Assembly (NCBI GenBank): GCA_963698325.1
Contig: CAVOQJ010000010.1
Location: 318,245 to 382,244 of the forward strand
Direction: 5' to 3'
DNA length: 64,000 nucleotides
Source: Blastocatellia bacterium
GTDB lineage: Bacteria; Acidobacteriota; Blastocatellia; Pyrinomonadales; Pyrinomonadaceae
A program made the position numbers and the translations under genes. The notes under the pieces are model-generated. The model was not told the origin of the DNA. It saw nothing but the letters and a program-made list of their open reading frames with translations, and ran no database searches. This document shows positions 62,241-64,000 of the stretch, in pieces; the stretch's first letter is position 1; each line of letters opens with the position of its first letter.

Positions 62241-62640
62241 TCAGGCAGTCTTTCGCCCGGCCAGACTTTCCAGCGAACGCCCGGCTTGTTCCCTTGATCG
62301 CTTCGTTGCGTGTGAGTAGTAGAGAACGAATGCCTTGTCGGACCAGCCCATCCATTCCTGTACAGTCTTTTGACTAACGTTGCTTTCCAAGAGATGAGTG
62401 GTGACTGTATGCCTGGCATCATGGAGCACCAAGCCGTTTGGATTGCTGCGGTCCGTATGGCACGCCGGCGCGGCCGCAGGCTTCTCTGAGAATGCGGTAA
62501 AACTTTGGCGTGATGTAGCCACTACGTGAGAAGACCAAATCAGGCGTACCGGATGCGGGTCTTCCGGGTCCGAAGCGTCCTGGCAGAATTGTCGCCTCGC
62601 ATTTCCACTCGCCCAGAAGGAAGCCAAGCTTTTGGAATTG
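62241..62640 (-). pseudogene. Tyrosine recombinase (phage-type integrase) C-terminal remnant, frameshifted
   Basis: GLVLHDARHTVTTHLLESNVSQKTVQEWMGWSDKAFVLYYSH carries the R-H-x-x-R...Y box region. The preceding FYRILREACGRAGVPYG is readable only in another frame. No N-terminal half is present. Confidence 0.7.
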
Positions 62641-62649
62641 CCGGATTCT

Positions 62650-62865
62650 GATTGGGTACTTGTGTTTGCTCAGCCGTCATGATTCCCACCCCTTCGAGCT
62701 CCGAAATGTTTCCGAAGGGGTCGGTAAAAACCACCGTTCCCGGCTTGCCGGCCTTCGGTGGTTCCTGCCGGATGATCTCGATTCCATTTCGGTTCATTGC
62801 CTCGATGAGCTTCCTTCATATTGTCGGTCTCGAACACAATTGTGTAGATGCGCATCCTTTCTTCT
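62650..62865 (-). pseudogene. Glyoxalase/VOC-family gene fragment, frameshifted
   Basis: MRIYTIVFETDNMKEA then, in another frame, LIEAMNRNGIEIIRQEPPKAGKPGTVVFTDPFGNISELEG. This is about half a VOC domain. Confidence 0.5.
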
Positions 62866-63530
62866 CGCGTGACGGTCGCAGAATCATTTTTCAATCGCCT
62901 CGCGCCAATGGCCAGGACACAAACATCTACGTCATGAACTCTGATGGTTCGAACGTCGTACAGCTTACGAATCTGAAAGGCTTTGCCGGCGTCCCGGTAT
63001 ATTCACCGGACGAAAGACTGATCGTGCTTCAATGGCGCGAGACCAGCAATTTTCGCGACGGCAAAAAGTGGCGCGTCTGCGTGATGAATAGCGATGCCAG
63101 CAGCCTTCGCATAATCACTTCGGGAGACGCAAACGATCAGGTGCCGAATTGGTCTCACGACGGGAAGCGCCTGCTTTTCTATTCGGATCGCACCGGCAAG
63201 AATCAGGTTTACACAATGATAGCCGACGGCAGTGATGTGAGACGAGTTACAAATACAGAATCAAATGATCAGGCTGCAACCTGGTCGCCGGACAATAAGA
63301 AAATCGGGTTTATTTCGGATCGCGACGGAAACAGCGAGGTTTACTCAATGGACGCTAATGGCCGGAATGTGCGTCGGTTGACTAACACTCGTGCGACGGA
63401 ACGCGTTCCCATCTGGTCGCCGGACGGTAAGACAATCGCCTTCTCTTCAGACGGTGATGGGCCGAGCCAGATTTATTTGATGGATGCCGACGGGTCACGC
63501 TTGCTATGTCTGACAGCGGCGATGAAATAG
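62652..63530 (+). CDS. TolB-like PD40/WD40-like beta-propeller repeat protein, probably N-terminally truncated
   Basis: Repeats FSRDGRRIIFQS...NIYVMNSDGSNVVQLTN, WSHDGKRLLFYSDRTGKNQVYTMIADGSDVRRVTN, WSPDNKKIGFISDRDGNSEVYSMDANGRNVRRLTN, WSPDGKTIAFSSDGDGPSQIYLMDADGS. The first ~70 codons overlap the VOC fragment and look non-coding. Confidence 0.65.
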   Translation: MGTCVCSAVMIPTPSSSEMFPKGSVKTTVPGLPAFGGSCRMISIPFRFIASMSFLHIVGLEHNCVDAHPFFSRDGRRIIFQSPRANGQDTNIYVMNSDGSNVVQLTNLKGFAGVPVYSPDERLIVLQWRETSNFRDGKKWRVCVMNSDASSLRIITSGDANDQVPNWSHDGKRLLFYSDRTGKNQVYTMIADGSDVRRVTNTESNDQAATWSPDNKKIGFISDRDGNSEVYSMDANGRNVRRLTNTRATERVPIWSPDGKTIAFSSDGDGPSQIYLMDADGSRLLCLTAAMK

Positions 63531-63780
63531 TTGGTTTTCCGCAACAAATTCACAGAGGATCGTCCTCACAGAATATTGCGTAATAATCAAGTTGTTTTTG
63601 ATCAAATTTACGGCTTGCCCGGGAAATCCGATTCCTCTCCCGCTTTCTGGCTTGCGGCTTGCGCTCCGGCAAAAGTACGGAAGGCTTTGCGTCGAACGAA
63701 AACGAACGTCCCGACGAACGAAGCCGGACTCCGATACTCTTTTACTCAGGCGCTCCTTACGAAGAAGACAAGAATCAAGC

Positions 63781-64000
63781 TTACAACGTAGGACGGGCGC
63801 CCTCCGTTCTTCCTTTTGTCGGCAGGGCCTTCAGTGCCGCCTCAATATTCGCTTTCAAAGCGTCGTAACTTTTATCCGACACACGACGACCGTTGATGAA
63901 TACGGTCGGCGTGGCATCGATTCCGAGCCTCAGGCCTTCTTCGAGGTCACGTTGCACTGTCTCGGCAAACTCTCCCGATTCCAGCGCCTTATCGAACCGG
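63781..64000 (-). CDS. DsbA/thioredoxin-like oxidoreductase, C-terminal part (5' end beyond window)
   Basis: Hand translation of the minus strand gives RFDKALESGEFAETVQRDLEEGLRLGIDATPTVFINGRRVSDKSYDALKANIEAALKAL...* with stop at 63781-63783. Not in the ORF track because no start lies in the window. Confidence 0.6.
   Translation of the reverse strand, partial: RFDKALESGEFAETVQRDLEEGLRLGIDATPTVFINGRRVSDKSYDALKANIEAALKALPTKGRTEGARPTL

Overview
This is a 64-kb chromosomal window from a Gram-negative bacterium that carries KDO/LPS genes, TolC and SecG. The gene content is reminiscent of Acidobacteriota, but that cannot be shown from the sequence alone.

(1) 1-12.3 kb is an rhs polymorphic-toxin locus. 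It holds a 5'-partial RHS protein with a discoidin insert and a YkuD-like C-terminal tip, followed by a signal-peptide immunity candidate. Next come an orphan tip with an immunity gene, and a 405-bp inverted-repeat element. After that sits an N-terminally truncated second RHS with DUF4214 repeats, a Hint/intein-like domain and a 75-aa tip plus an immunity gene. The locus ends with a decayed orphan tip and a TPR protein.

(2) 12.4-54.7 kb is mostly housekeeping: kdsB, pyrG, a Ser/Thr kinase, kdsA, kdsC, htrA, dnaJ/cbpM-like genes, wrbA, an M16 peptidase pair, a UbiD-like decarboxylase, a histidine kinase, pilD, tolC, and gap-pgk-tpiA-secG. This block also contains one IS4-family element with TIRs and a TSD, tRNA-Gly(CCC) and tRNA-Leu(GAG). 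Several genes are frameshifted, with pgk the most heavily affected. Nearly every 3' intergenic region carries a long hairpin built from reiterated short words, and these hairpins fall into dispersed families.

(3) 54.9-63.5 kb is a degraded integrative island, marked by tRNA fragments, an integrase remnant and gene fragments. Its intact cargo is a tightly coupled minus-strand operon. It encodes a secreted STN/N0-IPT protein split by an in-frame TAG, a leaderless thermolysin-like (M4) metallopeptidase and an MBL-fold hydrolase. I cannot assign this operon to any described system, and it is my best candidate for something new.

All domain calls come from motif reading by eye; no database search was run.
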